From Alphaproteobacteria bacterium (lineage in GTDB: Bacteria; Pseudomonadota; Alphaproteobacteria; UBA828): DNA of 64,000 nt. Shown here one piece after another: positions 1-8,325 of the stretch. Position 1 is the stretch's first letter. Each line of letters opens with the position of its first letter. A program made the translations under genes and the position numbers. The stretch covers positions 21,378 to 85,377 of the forward strand of contig CBDCGS010000007.1 of the NCBI GenBank assembly GCA_965216915.1. The letters run 5' to 3'. The notes beneath the pieces were generated by a model. That model made no database searches. It was not told the origin of the DNA and saw only the letters and a program-made list of their open reading frames with translations.

Positions 1-606
1 CCCGACGGCCGAGAGCACCGGCGCCTTGGTGAAGATCTCGGCATCGGGCCCGATGCCGACCTCGAGATATTGTGACCACAAGCCGCGCGCGATGAGCAGC
101 GTCTTGAGATGGGCCGCCTCCGCGGACCCCGGACGGATCCCGGCGAGATCGGCGCCGATTTCGCCGGCGAGCTCGTCCCGGATCGCCTTGGCGCGATCGG
201 GATCGCCCGCCGCGCGCTCTTCGACGACACGCTCGAGCAGGCTTGCCACGAAATTGACGCCGCCCGCCTTAATGACTTGAAGGTCGATCGGCGGCAGCAG
301 ATGCGGCACCGCGGGCGATCGCGCATCGGGCACCGTGTTCTCGAGGATCGTTGGAAGTGTGTCGATGGGGACGTCCGCGCTCGCTCTCACAAGCTGCGCC
401 GGATCGGCCACCTCCAACAGATCCGACATGGTTGGGCCGGCCGCCGAGATGTCGTAGAGGCCGTCATGGCGAACCGCCGCAACCGCGGGGCCCGCCGCCT
501 GGCCGGGCCGCCAAACGCGCGCAACCAGCGTGCCCTCGAAGCCGTCCGCCGGCAGAGTGTCCGCGAGGTCGAGCCGAAGGCGTGGGTGATCGGAGTCCAA
601 CGTCAC
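1..606 (-). CDS. possible fumarylacetoacetate hydrolase (FAH) family protein, 3' end outside window
   Basis: Absent from the ORF track because it runs off the window. Manual minus-strand translation from GTG 604-606 gives VTLDSDHPRLRLDLADTLPADGFEGTLVARVWRP...IDLQVIKAGGVNFVASLLERVVEERA. This resembles the N-terminal half of long FAH-family proteins as I recall them. GTGA overlap with the stop of the upstream ABC ATPase gene. Confidence 0.45.
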   Translation of the reverse strand, partial: MTLDSDHPRLRLDLADTLPADGFEGTLVARVWRPGQAAGPAVAAVRHDGLYDISAAGPTMSDLLEVADPAQLVRASADVPIDTLPTILENTVPDARSPAVPHLLPPIDLQVIKAGGVNFVASLLERVVEERAAGDPDRAKAIRDELAGEIGADLAGIRPGSAEAAHLKTLLIARGLWSQYLEVGIGPDAEIFTKAPVLSAVG

Positions 607-1679
607 GCGGCGGTGCTGATCAGCGCACCGGTCTCACCGTCAAAGAGATGGCAACGCGCAGGTGAGAGCGCGAGCGAGATCGGCTGGCCGAGCTCGTAGT
701 GCGGTTGGCCCGCAGCCTGAACTTTCAGCACTTGGTCGCCCATCTTCACGTCGACGATGGTGAAGGCGCCGAGGGGCTCCACTTCATAAATTTCCGCGGC
801 AGCGACGCCGTCGCCTTCACCGGGCGCGAGCACACGAATATCCTCCGGACGCACGCCCAGGCTCGCAGACCCCCTCGATTCGATCTGGTCGAACGGCAAG
901 ACCAGCCCGCCCTCATGAGCCGTGAAGCGCCGCGTGTCGTCCAGCGCGCCTTCGATGAAGTTCATCGGCGGCGCGCCGATGAGCTGCGCGACATAGCGGC
1001 TGTTGGGGTGATTGTAGATCTCGGACGGCGTGCCGATTTGGCGCACCTCGCCCGCCTCGAAGATGGCCATGCGGTCGGCGACCGACATCGCCTCCTCCTG
1101 GTCGTGCGTGACGTAGACGAGGGTGTGGTTGAGCTCCCGCTGCAAGCGCTTGAGCTCGACACGCATCTCCTCGCGCAGCCTTGCGTCGAGCGCGGCAATC
1201 GGCTCGTCCATCAAAAATGCCGCGGGCTCGCGCACGAGCGCCCGTCCGATCGCCACCCGCTGCCGCTCGCCGCCGGAAAGATGGGCAGGGAATTTCTTCA
1301 GGAGAGGCGTGATGTGCAGGGTCTCGGCCACCGCGTTCACGCGTCGTGTCACTTCGCTTTTGTCGAGCCTTCGCTCCGTGAGCGGAAAAGCGAGATTCTG
1401 GCCCGCGGTCATGTGGGGAAAGAGCGCGAGGTTCTGGAAAACCATCGCGAGATTGCGCTCTTTGGGTGCGATGCCATTGACGATCTGATCGCCAATCAGA
1501 ATGTCACCTTCGTCCGGCGCGACGAGGCCGAGGAGAATGCGCAGCACCGTCGTCTTGCCGCAACTCGGCGGCCCGAAGATGCAGAAGAACTCGTTGTCCT
1601 CGATGACCAGATTAATGTTCTTGATGGCGACCGTGTCGCCGTAGGACTTGCTGGCGTTTCGGATCTCGAGACGTGCCAT
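603..1679 (-). CDS. ABC transporter ATP-binding protein, MalK/UgpC-like
   Basis: ORF 603..1733(-) trimmed to ATG 1677-1679 (MARLEIRNASKSYGD). Walker A GPPSCGKTT, canonical signature LSGGERQRVAIGRA, Walker B FLMDEP, H-loop YVTHD, MalK-type C-terminal domain. Confidence 0.9.
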   Translation of the reverse strand: MARLEIRNASKSYGDTVAIKNINLVIEDNEFFCIFGPPSCGKTTVLRILLGLVAPDEGDILIGDQIVNGIAPKERNLAMVFQNLALFPHMTAGQNLAFPLTERRLDKSEVTRRVNAVAETLHITPLLKKFPAHLSGGERQRVAIGRALVREPAAFLMDEPIAALDARLREEMRVELKRLQRELNHTLVYVTHDQEEAMSVADRMAIFEAGEVRQIGTPSEIYNHPNSRYVAQLIGAPPMNFIEGALDDTRRFTAHEGGLVLPFDQIESRGSASLGVRPEDIRVLAPGEGDGVAAAEIYEVEPLGAFTIVDVKMGDQVLKVQAAGQPHYELGQPISLALSPARCHLFDGETGALISTAA

Positions 1680-1684
1680 GGCGG

Positions 1685-2788
1685 TCAGGCCCGCGCCAGC
1701 GCGTCGCCGGATTCGGCGTCGAAGAGATGGCACTTGCCGTGCGGCAGCGCGACGCGTACGGGCGCGCCAAGCTCGATGCCATAGTCCTTCTCACGCGCCA
1801 CTTTGATCGCCCGCTCCCCGGCTTCGAGATGGACGATCGTTCGCGGACCGATGGGCTCGACGAACGCGACGGTCATGTCGATGCCCGCACCCGCGAAGCC
1901 ACGCGGTTGAATCTCGAGATCCTCCGGGCGAACGCCGAACACCAGAGTTGCTTGCCGTGCCGCCTTGCAGCGCCGGTTCAGATCGTCGTCGTCGATCTCC
2001 AGCACGCCGGCCGATCCGAAATCGAGGGCATAGCCGTCATGTCCGCTCTGCAGGTCGCAAGGCACCAGATTCATGCTCGGGCTGCCCATGAAATTGGCGA
2101 CGAACGTGTTGCAGGGGTCGTTGTAGACCTCGATGGGCGAGCCGTATTGCTGCAGGACCCCCGCATCGAGCACGGCAATGCGGTCGGCAAGGCTCATCGC
2201 CTCGATCTGGTCATGCGTCACATACACCATGGTTTGCTGGAACTGATGCTGGAGATGCTTCAGCTCGGTGCGCATGAACGCCCGGAAGGCAGCATCCAAA
2301 TTGCTGAGCGGCTCGTCGAGCAGAAAGATCTCGGGCTCCGTGATGGCCGAGCGGCCGATCGCGACCTTCTGAAGCTCGTTGACGCTGAGCCGTTTGGTCG
2401 GCCAGTTGAGGCGATCCTCGAGCTGCATGAGCCGGGCCATTTGCTCGACGCGCCGCGCGATCTCGTCCTTGTTCACATGACGCACCTGGAGCCCGAAGGT
2501 GAGATTTTCACGCACGGTGAGGTGGGTAAAGATCGCGTAGTTCTGAAAGACGAAGCCCACGTCGCGCTTGTTGGGCGGCACGGTCTGCATGGACCGGCCA
2601 TCGAAGAGAATCTCGCCCTCGCTCGGCGTCTCGATGCCGGCGATCATGTTCATGGTGGTGGTCTTGCCGCAGCCGGAAGGCCCGAGCAACGCGACGAACT
2701 CCTTGTCGGCGATCTCGAGGCAAAGGTCGTTGACCGCCAGCAAATCGCCGAAGCGCTTGGTCAGGTTGATGAGAGAGATCGACGCCAT
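1685..2788 (-). CDS. ABC transporter ATP-binding protein, MalK/UgpC-like, with degenerate signature motif
   Basis: ORF 1685..2788(-). Walker A GPSGCGKTT, Walker B FLLDEP, H-loop YVTHD. The LSGGQ signature position reads LSVNELQKVA (nt 2375-2389). Confidence 0.9.
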   Translation of the reverse strand: MASISLINLTKRFGDLLAVNDLCLEIADKEFVALLGPSGCGKTTTMNMIAGIETPSEGEILFDGRSMQTVPPNKRDVGFVFQNYAIFTHLTVRENLTFGLQVRHVNKDEIARRVEQMARLMQLEDRLNWPTKRLSVNELQKVAIGRSAITEPEIFLLDEPLSNLDAAFRAFMRTELKHLQHQFQQTMVYVTHDQIEAMSLADRIAVLDAGVLQQYGSPIEVYNDPCNTFVANFMGSPSMNLVPCDLQSGHDGYALDFGSAGVLEIDDDDLNRRCKAARQATLVFGVRPEDLEIQPRGFAGAGIDMTVAFVEPIGPRTIVHLEAGERAIKVAREKDYGIELGAPVRVALPHGKCHLFDAESGDALARA

Positions 2789-2916
2789 CGCGGAACCCTT
2801 TGAGCCAGACCCGCGACGATACGGGCTCGCGCCTCGAAATCAAGTGCCGGCGATGCTGTCGAAGCCTGCGCCCGATGGGGTAAGGTGCGCGCATCCGCCT
2901 GTTTTGGGAGATCCGC

Positions 2917-3903
2917 ATGAAAATCGTGATCACCGGGGGAACCGGCTTCCTGGGCTTGCGTCTCGCCCGCGCACTGCTGGCGCGGGGCTCTCTGATCGGT
3001 GCGTCCGGGTCGCCGGAAGCCATCGATGCCATGGTGCTCTTCGATGCGGTCGCGCCCGGCACGCGGCCCGACGGGCTCGACGAGCGCGTGGAGATCGTGA
3101 CCGGCGATATCACCGATCGGGCACTCGTTTCGCGCCTGATCGCGGGCACCTCGGTCAGCGTGTTCCATTTCGCCTCGGTGGTCAGCGCCGGCGCCGAGCA
3201 GGATTTCGACCTCGCCCTCGAAGTCAATCTCACGGGCGGTCTCAATGTCCTCGAAGCCTGCCGCGCCAGCGACGGCCTGTCGCGCCTGGTGTTCACGAGC
3301 AGCATGGCGGTCTTCGGCGGCGCGGCCATGCCCGAGACCGTTGCGGACGACACCAAGATCACACCCCAGAGCACCTACGGCATGACCAAGGTGATCAACG
3401 AGCTTCTGGTCAACGATTACACGCGCAAGGGCTTCCTCGATGGCCGCGGCGCCCGGTTGCCGACGGTCATCATCCGCCCGGGCAAGCCCAACAAGGCGGC
3501 CTCCGGGTTCGCAAGCGGCCTGTTCCGCGAACCCCTCGCCGGGATCGACTGCGCTCTTCCGGTGCGCCGCGATACCCGCATGGTGGTGGGCGGCTACCGC
3601 ACGATGGTCGATGGCATGATCGCGCTGCATGAAGCCGACCGCGCGGCACTTGGCGACGACCGCACGATCAATTTCCCGAACCTCACGGCCAGCGTCTCCG
3701 ACATGGTCGCCGCGCTCGAGCGCGTCGCCGGTGATCGTGCCCTTGGCCGTATCACCGATGCGCCGGATCCCGCGATCCAAGCGATCTGCGGGACCTGGCC
3801 CGGCGAGGCGCGCGCCGATCGGGCGGCCGCATTGGGCCTGCCGCGCGACGCGGATCTCGACGGCATCGTCAGGGCCTATATCGAGGATTACGTCGACAGC
3901 TAG
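2917..3903 (+). CDS. NAD-dependent epimerase/dehydratase family (SDR), possibly D-erythronate dehydrogenase (DenD)-like
   Basis: ORF 2917..3903(+). Rossmann motif ITGGTGFLG, catalytic YxxxK (STYGMTK), RLPTVIIRPGKPNKAAS segment recalled from DenD-type enzymes. Divergent from the ABC ATPase pair. Confidence 0.8.
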   Translation: MKIVITGGTGFLGLRLARALLARGSLIGASGSPEAIDAMVLFDAVAPGTRPDGLDERVEIVTGDITDRALVSRLIAGTSVSVFHFASVVSAGAEQDFDLALEVNLTGGLNVLEACRASDGLSRLVFTSSMAVFGGAAMPETVADDTKITPQSTYGMTKVINELLVNDYTRKGFLDGRGARLPTVIIRPGKPNKAASGFASGLFREPLAGIDCALPVRRDTRMVVGGYRTMVDGMIALHEADRAALGDDRTINFPNLTASVSDMVAALERVAGDRALGRITDAPDPAIQAICGTWPGEARADRAAALGLPRDADLDGIVRAYIEDYVDS

Positions 3904-4006
3904 CGCAAATCCCGAGCAGGTGGGAGCACCTGCGACGACGCATTTACGTCAATGCCCATGAGAGAGTGTCTGTCGCGTGCGCCTGAGTGAACGTGAATTG
4001 CTCTAA
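3900..4006 (+). repeat. ~106-nt structured intergenic repeat (MITE/REP-like), copy 1 of 4
   Basis: ctagcgcaaatcccgagcaggtgggagcacctgcgacgacgcatttacgtc...gaattgctctaa aligns by eye along its full length with 14126-14231, 47999-48105 and 58667-58772. Internal hairpin gcaggtg/cacctgc. Confidence 0.85.
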
Positions 4007-4035
4007 AGAGCGCAGGCCGGCTCACCCGGCGCGGA

Positions 4036-4647
4036 TCACAGCACGGCATCGGCCCCGAGGACGGCCACGCGGAAGCGATCCTTGAGAAAGGCGCCGTCGC
4101 GGGGCGGTAGCACGCGCGGCAGCGGTTCAGCGGCTACCTTGACGGCCGAGAACACGGGACCGGGCTCCTCCCGAATCGCCGGGATCGCTCGGTCGAGATC
4201 GGCGGCGTTGCGCACGGTGTGGGTCAGCGCGAAGCCGCAACCCGCCGCGACCGCGGCAAGGTCCGTCGTATGAGCCGTGTGGGTCGGCTGCATGCCGGTC
4301 TCGCCGTGTCGCTCATTGTCGAGCACGACAATGGCGAGGTTGGCGGGGCGCTGCGTCGCGATAGTCGCGAGGGCGCCGAGGCCCATCAGCATCTCGCCGT
4401 CGCCGGTGAGCACGACGACGCGCTCTTCAGGTTGCGCGAGCGCGAGACCGAGGCCGATCATCGCCGCGTTGCCCATCGCGCCCCACAGCGAAAAATGCCG
4501 TGGATTGTCGCCGAGCGCCGCGCAATCCCACGTCGCCGAGCCGAGCCCGGGGACCACAAGAATGTCGGGCCGGCTGCCGAGCAAGGTGGCGACGACCGCC
4601 CGGCGGCCGAGCGCGGTCTCGGGCTGCGCGCGTCGGTCCACCGTCAT
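4036..4647 (-). CDS. TPP-dependent decarboxylase beta subunit (sulfopyruvate decarboxylase ComE-like)
   Basis: ORF 4036..5061(-) trimmed to ATG 4645-4647 (MTVDRRAQ). TPP-binding motif GDGEMLMGLGALATIA...NLAIVVLDNERHGETG. ATGA overlap with the alpha subunit gene. Confidence 0.8.
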   Translation of the reverse strand: MTVDRRAQPETALGRRAVVATLLGSRPDILVVPGLGSATWDCAALGDNPRHFSLWGAMGNAAMIGLGLALAQPEERVVVLTGDGEMLMGLGALATIATQRPANLAIVVLDNERHGETGMQPTHTAHTTDLAAVAAGCGFALTHTVRNAADLDRAIPAIREEPGPVFSAVKVAAEPLPRVLPPRDGAFLKDRFRVAVLGADAVL

Positions 4648-5165
4648 TCCCCGCCCCCGAAATCCTTGGCGCCGATCACGCGCTGCCCGATCAGCACGGC
4701 GATCGCCGCCTGATTCTCGAATGCGAGCACGGCTGCCGCGGCGACGGTCTCGTAGGTGTCGGCGGCATCGTCGACGCGCAAGACGGTTACACCCGAGGTC
4801 TCGAGGTGGGTGGCCGCGGTCTGACCCATGGGGAGTTGCCAGGGATTGGTCTCGCCCCATTCGCCGCGCATCGTCACGATCGTGAGGAACGGAAACCGGC
4901 CGGTGCGGATGAGCGAGAGCGCGTTCATGCAATTGCCGACGCCGCTGGATTGCATCAGCAGCGCACCGCGCACGCCACCGAGCCAGGCACCCGCGAGCAA
5001 GCCGGCGCCCTCCTGCTCGTGGGACAGAAGGACGCAGCGCATTGCGTCGTCTCGTTCGCAAAGACTGAGCAGCGTGCTCAGGCCGGCATCCGGAACGTAA
5101 CCGACCTGGCCGACCGACGCGTCCGAGAGCGCGCGGTAGGCGTCTTCACCCCAACTCGCAGCCAT
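4644..5165 (-). CDS. TPP-dependent decarboxylase alpha subunit (sulfopyruvate decarboxylase ComD-like)
   Basis: ORF 4644..5165(-), 173 aa. N-terminal TPP pyrimidine-binding domain pattern (HEQEGAGLLAGAWLGG...LMQSSGVGNCMNAL). Confidence 0.8.
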   Translation of the reverse strand: MAASWGEDAYRALSDASVGQVGYVPDAGLSTLLSLCERDDAMRCVLLSHEQEGAGLLAGAWLGGVRGALLMQSSGVGNCMNALSLIRTGRFPFLTIVTMRGEWGETNPWQLPMGQTAATHLETSGVTVLRVDDAADTYETVAAAAVLAFENQAAIAVLIGQRVIGAKDFGGGE

Positions 5166-5217
5166 GGCTGGCGTCGACGGTCGCGTGGCGTCTCGGTGAA
5201 CCGTGCCGGCGTCGGTT

Positions 5218-5538
5218 CTATTCGGCCGCGAGTTGCTCGACCGCCTCGCTCAGCAGCCGCTCCATCTCGTGGCGCACCTTGTGCTCGTCGATATCGAGTC
5301 CCTTTTCCTGCAGATCGCCGAGCACCTTGCGCAGAACGTCATCGTCGCCGGGCTCGTCGAAATCGGCGACCACGACTTGCTTCGCATAGGCCTCGGCATC
5401 AGCACCCTCGATGCCCATTTGCCCGGCCGCCCACAAGCCGAGCAGCTTGTTGCGCCGCGCGACCGCTTTGAACTGGAATTCCTGGTCATGCCTGAACTTC
5501 GCCTCAGCGGCCTTCTTGCGATCCTCGAACGCGGTCAT
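5218..5538 (-). CDS. DUF1476 protein (F1-ATPase inhibitor zeta-subunit family of alphaproteobacteria)
   Basis: ORF 5218..5538(-), 106 aa. MTAFEDRKKAAEAKFRHDQEFQFKAVARRNKLLGLWAA is the typical DUF1476 N-terminus. Location near purC is the usual alphaproteobacterial context. Confidence 0.8.
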   Translation of the reverse strand: MTAFEDRKKAAEAKFRHDQEFQFKAVARRNKLLGLWAAGQMGIEGADAEAYAKQVVVADFDEPGDDDVLRKVLGDLQEKGLDIDEHKVRHEMERLLSEAVEQLAAE

Positions 5539-5655
5539 GCTCGTGCTCCTTGGTGTGGGGTCGACCCGGTGAACGATCGGCGCCGCATTCTGCCAAAGTG
5601 GCTTGGCCCGGTCTATCCTAGGCGCCGCTGCGTCACCATTGTTTCACTGTCAAAG

Positions 5656-6411
5656 ATGGGGCCTATGTGCACCGTTGTCATCCTGCGGCGACCCGGCCAC
5701 GCTTGGCCGCTCCTCCTCGCGGCGAATCGCGACGAGGCGCTCGGCCGGCCCTGGCGCAAGCCCGACCGGCATTGGCCCGACAGGCCGAATGTGATCGCCG
5801 GGCTGGACGAGGATGCGGGCGGCAGCTGGTTGGGGATGAACGACGAGGGCGTGGTCGCGGCGGTGCTCAACCGGAGCGGCTCCCTCGGTCCGGCCCCCAA
5901 CAAACGGTCCCGCGGCGAGCTGGTGTTGGACGCGCTGGATCACGCGGATGCGGGCAGCGCCGCCGAAGCGCTCGCCGACTTGGACGGCCGCAGCTATCGG
6001 TCGTTCAACCTGGTGGTCGCGGATTCTGCGGAGGCGTTTTGGCTGCGCCACGATGGCACCGCCCGGCTCCGCTTCCAGGCACTTCCCGCCGGGATCAGCA
6101 TGCTCACAGCGCACGAACTCAACGATCCGCGCTCGCCCCGCACCACCACCTATCTTCCGCGGTTTCGCGCCGCCCCGGTGCCGAGTCCCGATACGGAAGA
6201 ATGGCAGGCCTGGCAGGCGTTGCTCGCGAGCACCGATCGGAACGGGGGCGGGCCGGGCGACGCGATGTGCGTCGAACCGACGGGTGGTTTTGGCACGGTC
6301 AACGCCTCGCTCATCGCCGTGCCGCCTGCGGAACGGCATCGGCAGACGCCGATCTGGCTGTTCTCAGACGGTCCTCCAAACAGAAATAATTTCGTAAAAA
6401 CAAATCTTTGA
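5656..6411 (+). CDS. NRDE/TANGO2 (DUF833) family protein
   Basis: ORF 5203..6411(+) trimmed to ATG 5656. ATG 5665, giving N-terminal MC, is equally possible. MCTVVILRRPGHAWPLLLAANRDE contains the family-defining NRDE motif. Confidence 0.75.
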   Translation: MGPMCTVVILRRPGHAWPLLLAANRDEALGRPWRKPDRHWPDRPNVIAGLDEDAGGSWLGMNDEGVVAAVLNRSGSLGPAPNKRSRGELVLDALDHADAGSAAEALADLDGRSYRSFNLVVADSAEAFWLRHDGTARLRFQALPAGISMLTAHELNDPRSPRTTTYLPRFRAAPVPSPDTEEWQAWQALLASTDRNGGGPGDAMCVEPTGGFGTVNASLIAVPPAERHRQTPIWLFSDGPPNRNNFVKTNL

Positions 6412-6568
6412 AGATCAATTCTCATAAGTTACGTTGATTCGTGATCGCTCCGCCGCAACCGCGCAGCCGATTGTCTTGAGCCGATGATTTGACTATGTTT
6501 TGGAACACCGAGCCACGGTATTGCGTGGCTCGATCGCCCGAGCGTTTTCCGCTCCTGAGGAGCCCACA

Positions 6569-7336
6569 ATGTCCCGTCGCAGGCGTATCTACGAAGGCAA
6601 GGGAAAGGTCCTCTACGAGGGCCCCGAACCGGGGACCCTGGTGCAGTATTTCAAGGACGACACCACCGCTTACAACAACAAGAAACACGCCGTGATCACC
6701 GGCAAGGGCGTCCTGAACAATCGTATCTCCGAGCACTTGATGGCGCGCCTCAACGAGATCGGTGTGCCGACCCATTTCATGCGCCGCCTCAACATGCGCG
6801 AGCAATTGATTCGAGAGGTGGAGATCATTCCGATCGAGGTTGTGATCCGGAACTTCGCCGCCGGCTCGCTCGCCAAGCGACTCGGAATCAAGGAGGGGAC
6901 GCAGCTCCCCCGCTCGATCGTCGAGTATTATTACAAGAACGATGAGCTCGACGATCCGCTTGTGTCGGAGGAGCACATCACCGCGTTCGGCTGGGCGACC
7001 CCGCAGGAGCTCGACGACATGCTGTCGATGTCTCTGCGGATCAACGACTTCCTGAGCGGCTTATTCTACGGCATCGGGATTCGCCTGGTCGACTTCAAGC
7101 TCGAGTTCGGGCGGCTCTGGCACGGCGACGACCTGCGCATCGTGCTGGCCGACGAAATCAGCCCCGACAGCTGCCGGTTGTGGGACTTGGAGACCGACGA
7201 GAAGCTCGACAAGGATCGATTCCGCCGGGATCTCGGGCGCGTCGCCGAGGCCTATCAGGAGGTTGCGCAGCGGCTCGGGATCATGCCCGAAGCCGGCGTG
7301 CGCGAGTTCTCCCACGGCAACGGCGCGACAGAGTGA
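6569..7336 (+). CDS. purC: phosphoribosylaminoimidazole-succinocarboxamide (SAICAR) synthase
   Basis: ORF 6500..7336(+) trimmed to ATG 6569. [18 protein letters not shown]...[14 protein letters not shown] is typical PurC. Confidence 0.95.
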   Translation: MSRRRRIYEGKGKVLYEGPEPGTLVQYFKDDTTAYNNKKHAVITGKGVLNNRISEHLMARLNEIGVPTHFMRRLNMREQLIREVEIIPIEVVIRNFAAGSLAKRLGIKEGTQLPRSIVEYYYKNDELDDPLVSEEHITAFGWATPQELDDMLSMSLRINDFLSGLFYGIGIRLVDFKLEFGRLWHGDDLRIVLADEISPDSCRLWDLETDEKLDKDRFRRDLGRVAEAYQEVAQRLGIMPEAGVREFSHGNGATE

Positions 7337-7346
7337 TGCGCGCGGC

Positions 7347-7589
7347 GTGAAGGCGAAGATCCACATCACCCTCAAACCCGGCGTGCTCGACCCGCAGGGC
7401 AAGGCGATCGCGCGCGCGTTGAGCGCGCTCGGCTTTGACGGGGTGAACGGCGTGCGGCAAGGTAAGTTTCTGGAGCTTGAGCTCGCCGGCAGCGATCCTG
7501 ATGCCGCCCGCCAACAAGCGGACGAGATGTGCACCAAGCTCCTCGCCAACACCGTGATCGAGACCTACGCGATCGAGATCGAGCCGTGA
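7347..7589 (+). CDS. purS: FGAM synthase subunit PurS
   Basis: Same frame as ORF 7263..7589, GTG start at 7347. [30 protein letters not shown] is typical PurS, 80 aa. Confidence 0.9.
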   Translation: MKAKIHITLKPGVLDPQGKAIARALSALGFDGVNGVRQGKFLELELAGSDPDAARQQADEMCTKLLANTVIETYAIEIEP

Positions 7590-7635
7590 GGAAACCGGTC
7601 CGCGACGGCTCTCGTCCGGCCGCCGGACCCCTCCC

Positions 7636-8325
7636 ATGAAGGCCGCCGTCATCGTCTTTCCCGGATCGAATTGCGACCGCGACGTCCGTGTTGCGCTCGA
7701 AGCGAGCACGGGGCGGGCGCCCGCGATGGTGTGGCATGGCGAAACCGAGCTGCCGGCTGTCGACCTCATCGTGCTGCCGGGCGGCTTCTCCTATGGGGAC
7801 TATCTGCGCTCGGGCGCGATGGCCGCGCAGTCGCCGGTGATGCGCGGCGTTCGTGACCGCGCGGATGCGGGCGTGGCGGTGCTCGCGATCTGCAACGGCT
7901 TCCAGATCGCGACGGAAACCGACCTCCTGCCCGGCGCGCTGATGCCCAACGAGACCCTGCGGTTCGTGTGCAAGGATGTGCATCTGCGAGTCGAGACGGC
8001 CGAATCACCCTTCACCTGTCATTACCGCACGGAGCAGGTGGTGCGCATGCCGGTCGCCCATCGAGACGGCAACTACTTCGCCGATGAGGCCACGCTCGAT
8101 CGGCTCGAGGGCGAAGCCCGCGTCGCCTTTCGCTATGTGAACGCGGCCGGCGACCGCGCGGACGGCGCGAACCCCAACGGCTCGGCGCGCGACATCGCCG
8201 GCATCCTCGACGAGCGCCGGCGCGTGCTCGGCTTGATGCCGCACCCCGAGCGCCTCGCCGATCCGGCCCTCGGCGGCACGGACGGCAGGCGCATGTTCGA
8301 CGGCCTCATCGAGGCGCTCTCATGA
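7636..8325 (+). CDS. purQ: FGAM synthase glutaminase subunit PurQ
   Basis: ORF 7636..8325(+). [16 protein letters not shown] and GICNGFQ nucleophile elbow. 4-nt overlap with purL. Confidence 0.95.
   Translation: MKAAVIVFPGSNCDRDVRVALEASTGRAPAMVWHGETELPAVDLIVLPGGFSYGDYLRSGAMAAQSPVMRGVRDRADAGVAVLAICNGFQIATETDLLPGALMPNETLRFVCKDVHLRVETAESPFTCHYRTEQVVRMPVAHRDGNYFADEATLDRLEGEARVAFRYVNAAGDRADGANPNGSARDIAGILDERRRVLGLMPHPERLADPALGGTDGRRMFDGLIEALS

Noticed and set aside
6509-6532. 9-bp-stem hairpin cgagccacg-gtattg-cgtggctcg, 37 nt upstream of purC. Considered as a purine/ZTP riboswitch or attenuator.
   Set aside because: None of the conserved ZTP (pfl) or purine riboswitch core sequences are present, and there is no T-tract. 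It is probably a simple stem or a weak terminator for the upstream gene.
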